Part shown: piece by piece, positions 36,429 through 50,852 of the stretch
How the letters are laid out: the number at the start of each line of letters is the position of its first letter
Numbering within the stretch: the stretch's first letter is position 1
Origin: Podarcis filfolensis
Taxonomy: Eukaryota
DNA length: 64,000 bases
Direction: 5' to 3' (one strand)
Assembly (NCBI GenBank): GCA_964270895.1
Contig: OZ185444.1
Made by a program: the position numbers and the translations under genes
The notes under the pieces: generated by a model
The model's input: the letters and a program-made list of their open reading frames with translations, nothing else
Told to the model about the DNA's origin: nothing
Database searches by the model: none

Positions 36429-38949
36429 GAGTTAGATGCTCTGTATAATGATTATTTTCATTCAGAAGGATGACGGGAATAAGAACGTTGCAGAAAGTCT
36501 TTTCCCTTCACATTCAGATTAGCAGCATGCAAGACCCACAAAGATCAAGTGCCATGTGCACGCTTTGAACAAGGAGAGATGCCAGAGGCTATTGAACTTT
36601 GTAACCAAGCTAAGAGATGTTTATGAATTCAATCCAAGCTGCTACCATTCCTCCATCAATAACATGTCATATTTCAGTCAGCATGCCCCGAGACAAGCTG
36701 TTACTCTTCATTGTTTTGCAGGCACCAGACAACTGTCATGACAAAGTACATCAGAATGGAGGAGTTATTAAAGAAATTCCTTTGCTGCCTAATCATTCAA
36801 GTTCTATTTTATTGCACACAGAACAATTATGAGTATACTTCTAAAATTCACTCAAGAAAATTAAGAGTACTACTGAGAATCAGAGAAGGAATTTCCATTA
36901 AATGGAAACCCATTTCTTTTCAGTACTTTTTATTGTGGATTAAATAGCATTTGCCAGCAAGAACTCACATAAATGGCCCTGAAAGAAAAAGCACTGCTTC
37001 TGAATGCAGTATTAGGGTACATTTTAGAAGGCAGGCACTAACTCATATCATTTAAGCAATACCACCAAACAGACCCTTGCCAAAATAATTTCTGATACAG
37101 GAGTCAGAACTTCCGTCAGCAATTTCCAGAATTTAGTACAGAGTAACAAGTATCAAAAAAGTGTAAAGTGTTTATTGATGACTTTGCTTTTTAACATAAT
37201 TAACAACTCCAGAGAAAGGGGGTCACTTTTTCATTAAATAGTTTGACATGTTTTCAACGTGTTTAAATACAAGCTATGGTATTTGCTCAACACTATACAA
37301 CAACAATACTCAATAAATATAAGTAAAAATGTTATCTTTAGAAACCACAGGCTAACTCTTTTAATGGAAACAACTGAAACAGAATTTAAGCTTAAAATTT
37401 CATTCAAAATTTTGCAAGCATTTGAATGCTTCATTTGCTCATCATGCAAATTAGTTAGGTGGTCAGTTTTGCCTGCTTTCCATTCGAAATGTCTAACTTT
37501 ACACAACATTTTTAATTAAAAAAACCCTTCCTAGTCAATTTCCCCTTGCTTTGATGAGTCATTAAAAAACAACAACAGATATTCTATAGCTGAGAGCCAA
37601 GGTTGTTTTTTAAGCCATCATTTTGCCTGAATTCATGAAATGAAATATAGCAAGAAATCTAAAAGCTTGTACAGTGGGGGGGGGATTAAACCAATAAAAT
37701 ACTTTTCTTATATTAGATGATGATCAAGAAAAGTCTTAAGATTTCAAACTATTTAATCTCAATGACTAACAAAACAGAAATGACTTGGATCCAACTATTT
37801 GTACCATATAAATCTGGCAACTGTCAGGTTTAAGCTATACAATAAAAATATATTAATTTACTATATTTTTATCCTGCTTTTCAGACAATTACTGTCTCCC
37901 AAAACGGCAAAGAGAGAGAGTGAGTATGTGTGTATGTAAAAGAAGGGCCCACCATCATTCTATTCATATTCTTTTGGATCTCATGCTTTTCATTACTAGA
38001 TACCAAATGTTCTGGCCCATTAACAGAACACAAACCACTAATATATCCCTCCCTGACCTGATGGGAATCCTCATCCTCTGAGCTCACACAGAAGGTCACA
38101 CACATCCTATTAGACTCCTTTCCCTCCTGCCTGCTTTTCCAGTATAGAAGCAAGACAGTGCCAACATTCCAAAGTAAGATATTCTGCTTTGGATACCTTT
38201 CATACATCTCACTCTCAATTTCTCACGCTGTATGTGAAATCCATATAACTCTACATATGGACACAGCTTAGATCCCCTTAACAGCTAGAAAACTGTTAAC
38301 TGAAAGCTATGACAGAGCTTAGTTCTCATAGGTACAATCTGTTATAACCTTTGCACCACAAAGGCTCGCATTATATTTTTTTCACTTTAATAATGGGAAA
38401 TGTCATGCTATTTAAAAAGAAAAAAAGGGCAGTTTGACTATTTATTATAATGATACGTATTATAATATTAACACACCCACAGAACCTGCTCTTGAGCATA
38501 GGGATCTAAGAACGGAACTTGAGGTTACAAGAGAAACAATGGTTTCCTTAGCAACAGCAAAGTGGGAAAGGGAGGCACCTGAAGGAGAAAATCAGTGGGG
38601 TGGGGGAATAATAGTATTTAATCCGTTCTCTATTCACGAGTTCTACCCTACAAATCCACACACACACACACCCCAACTGGCTACTTAAAATTTGTATCTC
38701 CCCAGCCAGGCCATGAAACAGGAAATAAGCTCAACGGAGAGAAAACCAAGAACATTTGTGAAAATAAATCACCCTGCATGGGAGGATTAAGCACCCCCCT
38801 CCCTCTTGCCACTGACCCTCCTTGGTAAGTGCCTTTTACCCTATAATATGCTTGTTAGCCATGAAAACACTAATGGACGGTAAATATTCAAAAAGGAGTG
38901 CACCCCAAATCTGTCATATGGTTTAACTACTCAAAAAAAAAACAAAAAA

Positions 38950-39292
38950 AACAGGGTCTCCACCCCCATTGTTCAGCCCAGACACTTAGGTCCAGGCTCC
39001 GAGGGCCTTCTGGCGGTTCCCTCATTGCGAGAAGTGAAGTTACAGGGAACCAGGCAGAGGGCCTTCTTGGTATTGGCACCCAACCTATGGAATGCCCTCC
39101 TATCAGATGTCAAAGAGATAACAAATTGTACAACCTCCCATAGATAGCCTGAAGGCAGCCCTCTATCAGGAAGCTTTTCATGTCTGGTGTATCGTGTATG
39201 TTTTATATTCTATTGGAAGCTGCCCAGAGTGGCTGGGGCAACCCAGTCAAGATGGGTGGGGTACAAGTAATAAATTATTATTATGATTATAG
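38950..39292 (+). mobile_element. L2-type LINE 3' end
   Basis: GAGGGCCTTCT...CCTATGGAATGCCCTCC...GGAAGCTGCCCAGAGTGGCTGGGGCAACCCAG...AATAAATTATTATTAT tail. Confidence 0.75.
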
Positions 39293-40929
39293 ATAAACAT
39301 GGATCAGAAGATATCTAGTGAGAAAGCATCATCATTATTAAGTAATGTAATTTTGATTCAATATTCTGAAGCAGAGGGTTGTTGTGGTTTGGTGTGTTTT
39401 TTTACATCTATGCTACAGCACCAATATTTTCTACAGATTTTTTCCCAGGCGTCACATGTTGAACACTCATACTAATCCCTATTACTGGAGCTTATTTCTG
39501 CTTAAAGAGGTCTCTAATCACCTGGTGATTTGGCATGCCTGCTTGGAAAGGAAGTTCGCACTCGGACTTAGTTTTGCCGAGATGTATACATGCCTGTGAT
39601 GTTCTGCTTTTAGCTGTAGAAACAGACTTACTTGCAAGATGGAATGTTCCATTATGACAAAAAATTCTGACACACAGAAAGGCACCATACCAGGGGCAAA
39701 GCTACACTGTAATCCTTCTTTGCAACATCTAACTTTCTATAGGCAAGGTGTGTGTGTTGTTTTTAAACTTGAGCAACTTGCCATCATGTGAGCCCTCACT
39801 TGCAGTCTGAAACAGTTCAACAAAGACACAAATTTGCCGCTTTTAAATCTCCAGGCCAAAGCTGATAGTGGAACACCACTGCCCAAACTTAGTTTTTATT
39901 TATTTATTAAATACATAAATAAATTTGTCAGGTATAAAGTGGTGAACTTTTACATATATCCTTCTTGTATCAATTTCCATTGTCAAGTCTTTTTTATATC
40001 AGCCTTATATCAGCTTTACCTCTAAATCCTACATATCTTTCTCCCTTTCCTTATATCCCTGCTCCAAATTCCCAGGCCTAACTTCCTCACTATCTATCTT
40101 TTTCTTCTTCCTGATATCTTTATTGATCTCTTTATTGATCTCTATCTCCCCTTCCTCTTTTGCTGCCCCACCCTCCTGAGCACTCTCTACATCAGGAAGG
40201 CAGCAGGAACAAAGTGCAATGTGATTTGTTTCCACTGTGTATTCCTATGTCAATATGATGGTTCTCTTTGCAGACTGTTTTTTTACACTGTGGAAATACA
40301 TTTCAGTGCCAACAATATTCTATTATTCTTTTCCATAACCCACAACAAACAGCTTTTGGCAAACATCCATTCTTGGGATTTTTTGATTATTATTTTTGCT
40401 ACTTCCTCTGTTAATTCATTTTCTTACTCATGCATGGTGCATTGAAAGGCATAAGAACCTCACAGCAGTCATCAGATTCTAGAGGAGAAAACGGGCTCAG
40501 CACTCTTTCACAACAAAACTTATTTCATTCTTTGACATTTATATGCTGCCTATTCAATGCAATTAAATATAATGTTATAGGGAAAGGGTTAGTATTTTGA
40601 AAAATCTTCATTACAAATAGTAAAGATAAAGCATCCTCCATCTTGTGGTCTGGCAGGGGACAAAATGAAGAAAGAGCCAGAAGAACAGCAATCTGAGACA
40701 GAGATGCATGCAGAGCAGCAAAAATAATCATCGATGCTCCTCCAAGGTAAATTCAAGAAGGTAATCAACAATGATAGCTACTTAACAATTATTATTTTAT
40801 TTGTTACATTTATATGTGCACCAGTTTACTCCAGTAAAAGTACAAGATTTAAATACTGAAACATGGCGACTTAAGCAATGCAAAGTTTCAGGACCCAAAA
40901 AACAAGTTATCTTACCATTGGATCATTTA

Positions 40930-41022
40930 AGGCTGCAATCCTAACTACACTTATCTGGGAGTAAGCCCCCTTAAATTCAATAGGACATACTTTTAAGTAG
41001 ACATGGTTAGGATTGTGCTGTA
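40930..41022. mobile_element. Short palindromic MITE (GCAATCCTAAC...GTTAGGATTG family)
   Basis: Inverted termini. A second copy lies at ~60415-60500. Confidence 0.6.
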
Positions 41023-44000
41023 AGAAAATAGGCTACTGTTCCAAAACCTCATTAAAATGCAACTGAGGCATGGTTAAACTCCACAGAAAACACAATTAAC
41101 AGTATAGTTTCTGCACAGGATACTGGAAAAAACAAATGGGTGTCAATTATTGTACGCACAGAAATAATCTGTTTCAAGTAAAAAACATTTGCAGTGGTTG
41201 CTGGTAAAAGAAAAAAAGGGAGGGGGAACCCTTCAACCACTCTGGTGACTGCTACCTTGAAAATTCAGGTTCACTATTAAGATGGTATTGTTCAGCCAGT
41301 GAGACAAAACCATACAAGATTCTCTGTCTAATGAAGCCCAAAGAGCAAAGAAATTGTAAGGATTGCAGGGTCATTAAGACTATGAATACAGAAGGCGATC
41401 AGTGAAAATCATCAAACTGTGTTAGCCATTACTTTCAAAGCCTTATACCAGGGTTCCCTAATCATTTTTGGGCCCGAGGACACATTCAGAATTTTGAAAA
41501 ACTGACAAGGGCACAACCACAAAATCACTGCCATTGAGGCATAACTATTCACAAAATGACTGCCTCCCACTTAAGATACCCTCTCCAGATTAACTCCCCC
41601 CCCCAAAAAAAACCTCTCAGAATCTTCCCCATCAACTCTATCATGACTGTACCAATCATGGTCACTCCTTTCCCTCCTCCAATTTTCCCTCCCCTCCCCC
41701 TCATTACTTTCACCTCCCCCTACCCCCATGTCCTAACCCGCTGCCCCCATGTCCTTGCCAGAGCAGGTGGAAGTGGCATTTCTTTATGGGAACCGCAATG
41801 AATTTGGGGGATTCTATAATGCCCACTTTGAAAGGATATGGGAGCTAAGCAGCCCTCATACAGAAGTGCCACCACTCACTTGGGTGAGGAGTTATGTGAC
41901 GGGGAAACAGCCTTTGCAGGTAATCAGGGCATGGAACTGCAGACCCTGATGTCTGCAAGTCCTGCTTTAGGAATGGCCACCCAACACTGCCTGGTACTTG
42001 CACAAAAATTGAACTGATGGAGATTCTTCGCTACAAGACTGTAGCTAACAAGATCAAGAACAAGAGTCTTGGCTATGGGGGTGAGCAACACTGATGCAGA
42101 ATACCTAACAAGAAGAGTCATTTTGGTGTCATATACAAAGTAAGGTTATTACAAAGGTATTCAGCATTGCGAAGTCACTCTCTTTGGCATGAGCTTTGCC
42201 ACAAAAATCACTTTAACCATTTGCTAGAACACTAAACTTAAGTAACTGATCTTTCTTTGTCCTTTTGTTTCTCCCTTTAAGTATTACAAAAATCAGTGTA
42301 GCTGAAAATGTTGATAGTTTCTGATGTATTTATATACTTTTTTGTAACAATGACATGCCTATGGTTTTCAGTTACGCAGAAATAACATTCACATATTATG
42401 GTTCATTGCTTATTTGTATCTAAAAGAACAGCTTCCAAAAATGATTCCCTAGGGAGTCATTACTGAACATTACCAGTTTTGATATTCAGCATGATTTTAG
42501 TCATTATTATTATTACAGGAATAATTAAAGAGCATTGTTGGAACAGATAAAAAGTCTACCTAATCCAGTATTCTGTTCTCACAGCGGCTGACTAGAAGTC
42601 TACAAACACGTCGTGAGTACAACAACTATTCCTCCTAGTTGTTTCCCAATAACTGATGCTTTTAAACTATTGAAATTAAACATCATTGCTCATTTTCAAA
42701 ATATATTTGGTGCTCTGTTCCCGACAGCTATTCAGATGGGTTTGAATTCCATCAGTACTAGTTATTTTAACATATAGCGCTAATTGTACTGTAACATGGC
42801 ATATTGCTATACATATGCCACACTCATTAATTTGGCTATCAATGAATTTTAATCTAGAAATTAAAGTTCAATTGCATGTTAAAAATGCAGATTTTCTACT
42901 TCAAAATAATAAACATAAGCTGAAATAAGAACAAAATAGGACATAACCTTGACATATGCTCAACTTGAAATATAAGGGCTTTTTGAAACCGGCCCCCCCA
43001 AAATTAATCCTTTTGCTGCTGTAGCAGCAACAGATATTAGAATGTGTTAGATATCCAAGACAGCTCACAAAATCAATTTGTGACTCTGTGTTCATCCTGA
43101 GGTGGTGGTGTTGTGGAGAGTCAGCTTATTAGTCCCACTACTGTCAAGCCACTTTTCTGGTTAATATGATTAAACACTACAACACACAAACTTATTACAT
43201 CAACAAACCTACCATAAGAAAGAAACCTGTAATTAAATCTGCATTACCTACATCTATGTGCAACATGTGACCTTCCTCATGCAATGAGTTTGTTTGGAAA
43301 ACAAAGTCAGCTGCTAGTAGCTATCAAGCTACTGCTGTATAATATGCAATCCAACTTAAAAGATATTTAAGAGATATACTTGCCTTTAGAGATGTGTCTC
43401 CAACTCACACGAATGGAAATCCAAAACACAAAACAACTGTATATTACAAGAATGGCAAACTGTTTTACAACCCAAAAACTAGTATTCCCAAGGTTGACAG
43501 AATCAATGCAATCTGAATTTCTCCTGAAGCAGTTCCTCTCAGTACACCGGGTTACAGCTCTGGCACTTTTTATAAAAGCAGCTTGCTTGGCCGTAGACTT
43601 GCATCTCAAACTGCTCTGTTCCACAACTCCTCCCACACACTTGTTGACTACTCAGGTTTCAGTTATTTTATCCCAAGCAAGACCTCTGAATTACAAGGAC
43701 AACAGATTAGGCTCAAATGGGTCAAACTGGCCAAATTTAATTCCTAAAGAAAGATTTGTTGACAAGTCCTTTCTTTACAACAAGAGAACAATAAGCCAAG
43801 ACAAAAAGCACTATTCTAATTATATATCCAGGGTGAACAAATACATATAGAGAGGAAAACGGGATCTCAGCAGCAGCCTTGCCACTGCTCTATGCTATTC
43901 AGATGCCTTTTAAACACACAGGGTTCCTCTGCTAATACCCAATCAAAATGGTTGGACACAGCACACACAATTCTGCTCAATGCATTCTGGTAGATACTTT

Positions 44001-44102
44001 AAAACTAGTTTAGACAGTTTCAGCAAAACAGACAATCCCCAAATAACCCACAGAGAGCTTGCTTCTCATGAAGGGGAGGTTAGATAAAATATGAGGCATG
44101 GT

Positions 44103-44510
44103 ATAAGAACGTAAGAAGAGCCTGCTGGATTAGGCCAATGGCATTATGTTTTCACAGCAGCCAACCAGATGCCTGTGGGAAACCTGCAAGCAGGATTCTC
44201 CCCTCCGGTGGTTTCCAGCAACTGGTATTCAGAAACATTACTGCCTCCAACTGTGGAGGCAAAGCGTAGCCATCATAGCTAGCAGCTATTAATAGCCCTC
44301 TTCTCCATGAATCTGTCTAATCTTCTTTTAGGTTGGTGTCCATCACTGCCTCCTGTAGGGGCTAGTTCCATAGTGTGCTGCAAAAAGTACTTTCTTTTAT
44401 CTGTCCCAAATCTTCCAACATTCAGCTTCACTGAATGTCCATGAGTTCTAGAGTAATGAGAAAAACTTTTCTCTATCTACTTCCTCCAAACCATGTGTAA
44501 TTCTATAAAC
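44103..44510 (-). mobile_element. CR1-type LINE 3' fragment
   Basis: AAGAACGTAAGAAGAGCCTGCTGGATTAGGCCAATGG and the following sequence resemble the reverse complement of a squamate CR1 3' end. Confidence 0.6.
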
Positions 44511-45708
44511 TTGTGTTCGACTCAGTTTAGACTTTTGTTACAATGTGCTTACTCTGTTTTTTCTCATCTACCATTGCGTTGCCCTGTCACCCAGTGGGGC
44601 AAGGGAAACTGCAGCCTGATTTGATTTGATTCATATATATGGTACTATTGCTACTTGCTACCAAGTGCAGATCTTGGTAACCTTAATTACAAAATTAAGA
44701 AAAAGCTGAAATTCAGGATCCTTGCTGTGCCATGTCTGAAATGCTCCATTCTTTATTGCACAGCGTCTAAATGACTACTCTGTAACTTGGTTCCACTCCC
44801 AGTCATTATCAACAAAAAAACCCATAAGGTGGCAATCTTTTAAAGAGCCGTATATGAAAGGGATCCCATCTGAGAAGAATGGAATAGTTAGAGCTGCAGA
44901 AAGCTTATGAAATATACATGTCACAGGACGTGTGGATACCACCTTCACATATTTTAGTGGTAAATGGATTTTACACTGTGCAAGCACAGAAACATGTACT
45001 GGTACAATACAGGGATGTCCCCCTCCCCCAATCAAAGTAAGATATAATGGTTTGAAAGGAAAATGAAACATATTCTAGTCCAATGCTTTGCCCCAATGTT
45101 CTGGGGTTTGAGGAAATAAAAGATCAAGTTGAAAGGAAAGAAGAAGGTATTTAAAATAGTTTTCACACTTTTCTAGGAACTAGTGAAAATCTTTGAGTTG
45201 CATGTGATTTGGGCTTTATGTGCTATCCCTGAAACATGACCCCCCACGCAAGTTGAGAGTTGCCTGTACAAAGCCCTTAAAGAATTGGGTCCAGTGTACC
45301 TTCAGAACCACTGAAATCATCTGGAGGAGCACTGTTAATTGTCCCCAATGTTACAAAGGACTAACTGACTATAATTAGAAGTTGGGCATTTAGTGTTGCT
45401 AGTCCATGGAACACTCTTCCAACAGAGATGTTTTGTGCCTACAGTCGTTTAATTTTTTATTAGTCTGTCACCTGAATGATTATCTGCATATGTATTTTAA
45501 TTTCTGAATGATCTTCTATGTTTTAGAGTGTAGACCACCTGATATTTTTAATGAAATGGTGGCATAAAAGTCCTTGAATAAAATTTCCCCAAATACCTAC
45601 ATTTGACAAAAAACACATTCCATTCCATTCCCCTACAGTACTGTTAGACAGATTGACCCAAAACTACAATACTGTAATAATTCCTTAGGTCTATTGTTCT
45701 TCCCTCTT

Positions 45709-46081
45709 GGGACACGCACGGGTGGCGCTGTGGGTAAAACCTCAGTGCCTAGGACTTGCTGATCGTATGGTCGGCGGTTCGAATCCCCAGGGCGGGGTGA
45801 GCTCCCGTCTTTCGGTCCCAGCTCCTGCCCACCTAGCAGTTCGAAAGCACCCCTAAGTGCAAGTAGATAAATAGGTACCGCTTTATAGCAGGAAGGTAAA
45901 CGGCGTTTCCGTCTGCTGCGCTGGTGCTGGCTCGCCAGAGCAGCTTCGTCACGCTGGCCACGTGACCCGGAAGTGTCTCCGGACAGCGCTGGCCCCCGGC
46001 CTTTTAAGCGAGATGGGCACGCAACCCCAGAGTCGGTCACGACTGGCCCGTACGGGCAGGGGTATCTTTACCTTTACCTTT
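45709..46081 (+). mobile_element. Full-length Sauria SINE
   Basis: tRNA-like head GGGTGGCGCTGTGG...GGTTCGAATCCC, BovB-like tail GAGTCGGTCACGACT and (ACCTTT)n end. 17-bp TSD TATTGTTCTTCCCnnTT at 45692-45708 / 46082-46098. Confidence 0.92.
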
Positions 46082-49000
46082 TATTGTTCTTCCCAGTTAA
46101 ATGACCGTTCCCTTATCCCTTGGCACCCACAATTCTACTCACAATAAAATCATTTTCTTCACTTACAATGCAGAATACATTTTAGTCAATGAGCTGCTGT
46201 GTTACATTATAGACCAGCCAGATATGTATGTACAGAGGTTGTTGAGATTGCAAATGCGGCAACATGTATGATAATGACTCAAAGGCATTGTACTACATTC
46301 AAAGACATGTGAATCAACTATAAACTGTTCTTAATTTCCATAAAGTAGATGGAGCTGGCTTTCTGCTAGCTTGATAAATGTTAACCAATTTAAAAATAGC
46401 AATATATAAGCAGGCATTTTACAAACATAGTTGTCTAAAATGTTGGACATTAGCTGTACAGTAGCAATATGAATGTTCCTGCCTACTTAATGTATTAGAG
46501 AAGGTCAAAATGGTTAGTTGAGCAGCCACAATCTCTAAGAAAAACTTAAACAGGAGACCAACAGAAATTAACATTTTAGAATGTAGGTTTATTGTCATAT
46601 TTATTTCCAATATTTTTATAAAACAAACAGGACACAAATAAACAAAGCCAGTAGAAAGGAAGAAAGAAAGAAGAGTAAGAATTCACTTATCAGGGGAAAG
46701 GAGCCAAAAATAGTTACAACAAGAAAAAAAACTGTTCACAGAATTGAAGAGGTACCTATGAGACAATGGGTGGTGGTATGCCATGCACTCAAAAGGGTGC
46801 AGCACTCAAGACTTCTACTCTTTGGTAAGCAGATGCAGAGGATTTGTTCTTCAAGTATTGGAGTGCTAGCCATTTTAACAATAGAAGGCATAAACATCTA
46901 CCTCTTGTGGGCTTCTGAAAGGCCTCAGACCACTCAATATTTTAGAGAGAGGTTCATGTAGGAGAATCTTAGACCAGTTTTCACATGATTTATCTGAAAG
47001 CACATCTCTTCTAAGAAGAAAGCCACTACTGGGCATTGCCACATCATGTGTAACAATAAGTCAGGGTTGAATCCACATTGCCAGCTTTTAACTTCAAGTT
47101 GTTTATTGTTCTGAAGAAACAGAATTGTGTCAAGTCGGTTCCAAACATCAGTTTTTGTTGTATTAAATGCAATCAAAAGGTCCAATGCTGAAAAGCAGAT
47201 AGTGGCAAGAGTTGATGTAAAAATCCTCAAACTGTGGCCTATAAATCACAAACTCAATTCAGGTGATCCATAAAAGGTTGCAGAACAGTGCTTGGTCCTG
47301 CACTTGATTATTATTTTTCTGATGGAGATCAAGGTTGTTTTGACTTAGCTGGATTATCAGATAGGGAAATCCATGATTTTCACAATATGATGCTGATTTG
47401 ATTATGCTGGTGCTAAAGAAAAAGTGCTCTTAAAATATGAGTTGTGGTATGTGCTTTGATTTGATTAATAATAATAAAGTAGTCAGAGGAAAAAAAGCTT
47501 GCGAACAAGAACCAATGAACATCAGCTCTGTTTTTCTCTTACAAGACTACATTCAGCCTTCCTTCCACAGTAAGCTAGCAATACTTGAATTTGAAAAAGT
47601 ATGGTACTGCCTCAGAGTCTGTAACAATCCTGGAGGACTTGATAAGTCTTTCTTGTACTTAACAAATCAAAAATACCTATGCACAAATGACACTTGTGGG
47701 TGTCTAGATACCAAACCCTCTCGAGAGGAATATAACAGAAAATGAAAACTTCCAGCACATAAACACCAATACAGCTGTTCTCAGTAAACGCAGTTGTCCT
47801 GCTATCTGTAAACATGGATTACACCAAAGCATAAGCTTAGCATGGTTGAAGGAACTGAAATGAAACTACCCTCTGAGAACATAGCATGCCCCTTTGGCTA
47901 CCACTACTGTGGGGAGGAACAAAGTTATTCATCCATAATGTATGGATCCAAAAATGACCTATTCTGAGAGCAGTGGCAAATAAAAAGCTTATAGGATAGC
48001 CCATGAAAGTACCGTGGATAGAGGGGAAGGGGGGCCCTGCCATTTTGGGTAGGAGAACGTAATTGGTCTCACAAGTGAATTTGCAATCTAAAGAGGGAAA
48101 CACAGGGAGGGTGGTTACAAAAATGAGACAGGTCACTGGGTCTGGGAATGTTACAATGCAGTGGAAGGTGAATATATGTAATCTTCCCTTGGACTGTACC
48201 ACTTGGAAAGTTGTATGAGATTGAGGATACAGTTCTGCAAAATTGGCAGATGTTTACTTCATCTCTAAGCTGTGAGAGCCTGTTAATAAAGCAACCACAT
48301 TACTCCACATGAACTTGAGTATCCATATGTATATGGCGTGTCCTTCCTATGGCTCTAAGTCAGTCCCAGAGGATCCAGGGACCAAAAGCAGGGGGAATAA
48401 AAATCAATGATGTAGTATTTTTCAATTAAATTTTTAAAAAAATTATGTCAGAATGACATTTTCACAAAATGTTGTGAATACTAAATTTCCTTTAATTAAG
48501 TATGGTAATATTAAATTTTGGTATCATATAGTATAAGGATGTTAACTATATAGTTTACATCTCAACTGATCAATACCTCTGCCAGAGACATAGTTTAAGG
48601 AGGCGTCTGTACGTAAGTGATGAACCAATTTGATCACTTCTCAAATGTTAATATTTACACAGGCATTTCATTTTCATCTCATGAAAACAAATTGTTCTGG
48701 TTTGCTCAGTAAATATCAAGCCCTACTTCGACCTATCACTCACAGGCATTTCATTTTTGTTTGATACTCTGTTTTTGTGAGGATGGGGCTGTGCCAAGGC
48801 AGAGTGAAGAAGAAAGAAACAGCTTTGAGAAGAAGAATCATAGAATTGTAGACTTGGAAGGGTCACCTGAAAATGGCAACAGACTGGAAGTGTCCTCACT
48901 CAGGAAATGCTTAAGCAACACAATGAGTTTCAGACCAGGTTGCTGGGACAAAACAGTTGTTGTTATTTAAGAATAATGAACCATGATGCACGCCAGAAAT

Positions 49001-50714
49001 AAATTATAATACAGGTCAGGGATACCAACATGGAACCCTCCAGATATTGTTGGACTACAACACTCATCATCCCTGTCTGCCGGTCATGCTGGCTGCTGCT
49101 TATGAGAGTTGGAGTCTAAGAATCTCTGGAGAGCACAACTGTTCTAAGTAATCTGAAATGTTACAGGAAGAAAGAAATGACTTGCAGCTTTCTATATACC
49201 AAGTTCAGCTTGCTTTACCTGCCCATTCTCTTCAAGTTTTGCCCACAAAGGCTGCATAAGTTTACAACAATATGTACACATATTATTCTACAGACAACTT
49301 GCCATAAAAAGCCAAGGGTAACTAGCCATAGGGGCTAGTAGTGACAACTGATAAAAGGAAGAAAGGGCAAGTAATGGCACCAAACAGACACATTCAAGCT
49401 AAATATTCTCTAAAATCGTCATAATGCCTCTTTACAACCCATCTCACTATGATTTTGAAAAGAAACAAAAACTACAGTAATTGGAATTAGAAAATTTGAA
49501 ATATTTCCATTTTCTTGGTAGTTTATTCAGCTTGCAATTGGCCTGGAAACCTGGCAAGCATAATCTCTGCTACAAAAAAATGAACAGCACAACAGCACAA
49601 GTTAAGTTTTCTCTCTTTATCAATCCGTGCATCAGAAAGCTGGAGAAAAGATTCCCCAAAAGTAGAATTGCTTTTCCTCAGTTCAAAGAAGAGTTCTGAG
49701 GCAACTGGAAGCACCTAAACATTTACAGCCCAAATCCTTAGCATTTCCTCAGAAGTGTTATTTTGGACAGTGAGGCTTGTTTCTAGGTAAGTGTGCACAG
49801 AATAGCAGCCTTACAGCCTTACAGCATACAGTATGCTTACTCCAACAGAGATCATGCAAGCACGAATAGGACTAAAGTCTCAGAACACTATTTAGCAAAG
49901 GGCAGGCTAATCTGCAAGCCTCCAGATGTTACTGGATGACATTTCCCATCACCCCAATCAATAGCAGTTCAATGGTAAGGAATGAGTGTATTTGTAATCC
50001 ACCAATATCTGGTCCCACCCCCTAATTTATGTAGAGGGTATTAATTCAACCAATTGGTGTTCTCTGTTATTAAGAAACATTCTAATCAATTCAAATCTGA
50101 ATCGCAGGAGTGGAAACTGTTCACAAACTGCAAGGAATTTCAAGCAGTACAAAGCACAAATTCCCAATTTTAACCTTTTGACGCTTCATTCTATTTAAAA
50201 ATTTCAGAAATTTGAATAGCCATTAATGGTGTACAAAACTGTCTTACAAATGCTTTTAAGATGCATACAAATGCAACCTGAAACAGCAGACTGAAAAGAG
50301 AAGATAAAAACTTACACATTTATTAAGGTAAGAAATTATTTTCTGAACCAGATGAGAGGCAAAGAACAGAGAACAATTTTCAGCTCATCCAAAGGATTCC
50401 ACATTTTTAAACAGTTTTACTGGCATGTAGATGAACACATTTGCTGCAAGAGCTGCAGTAACTATTGAAGACTATTGAAGCCTGTGCAAGGGTTCCCATT
50501 GGCACAATGAAGATTTCCTCCCTCCTCTTATCCCAGATCTGCTCTGGAGGGTTGGGCGAACTCCCAGAATAGCGGGGGGCGGGGGGAGAGGAGGGGATTA
50601 TTCAATCAGACAAGCAGAAATGCTTCTGCTGATGAAACAATCTATTTAGGGCTAGGTTGAATTCCACCCTTTATCCAGTTTGACATTCCAGTCATCTAAT
50701 GAAATGCTTCTTAC

Positions 50715-50852
50715 CATGGCCATGGACTGTTCCTGGACTAAATGATGGCTGCTGTAGATCTTTGGTTGGAGTAAGATAGCCTTCTTTTCCTTGACGCTGG
50801 CTCATCTTTCCTGGACTCAGAACATGAGCTTCATCGTTGTTTGTTACCACAC
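50715..50852 (-). CDS. OSBPL8: OSBPL8 coding exon 3; contains Met43 (ORP8S start, ATG at 50805-50803)
   Basis: SVVTNNDEAHVLSPGKMSQRQGKEGYLTPTKDLQQPSFSPGTVHGH, 138 nt. Confidence 0.95.

Noticed and set aside
40029-40235. Charged 68-aa minus-strand ORF
   Set aside because: Purine-rich low-complexity sequence with a 12-nt duplication, a GTG start and incompatible splice phases.
43380-43850. Longest ORF in the track (156 aa, plus strand)
   Set aside because: TTG start, no recognisable domain and antisense in an intron, so probably chance. It overlaps the candidate TATA region, which is reported separately.
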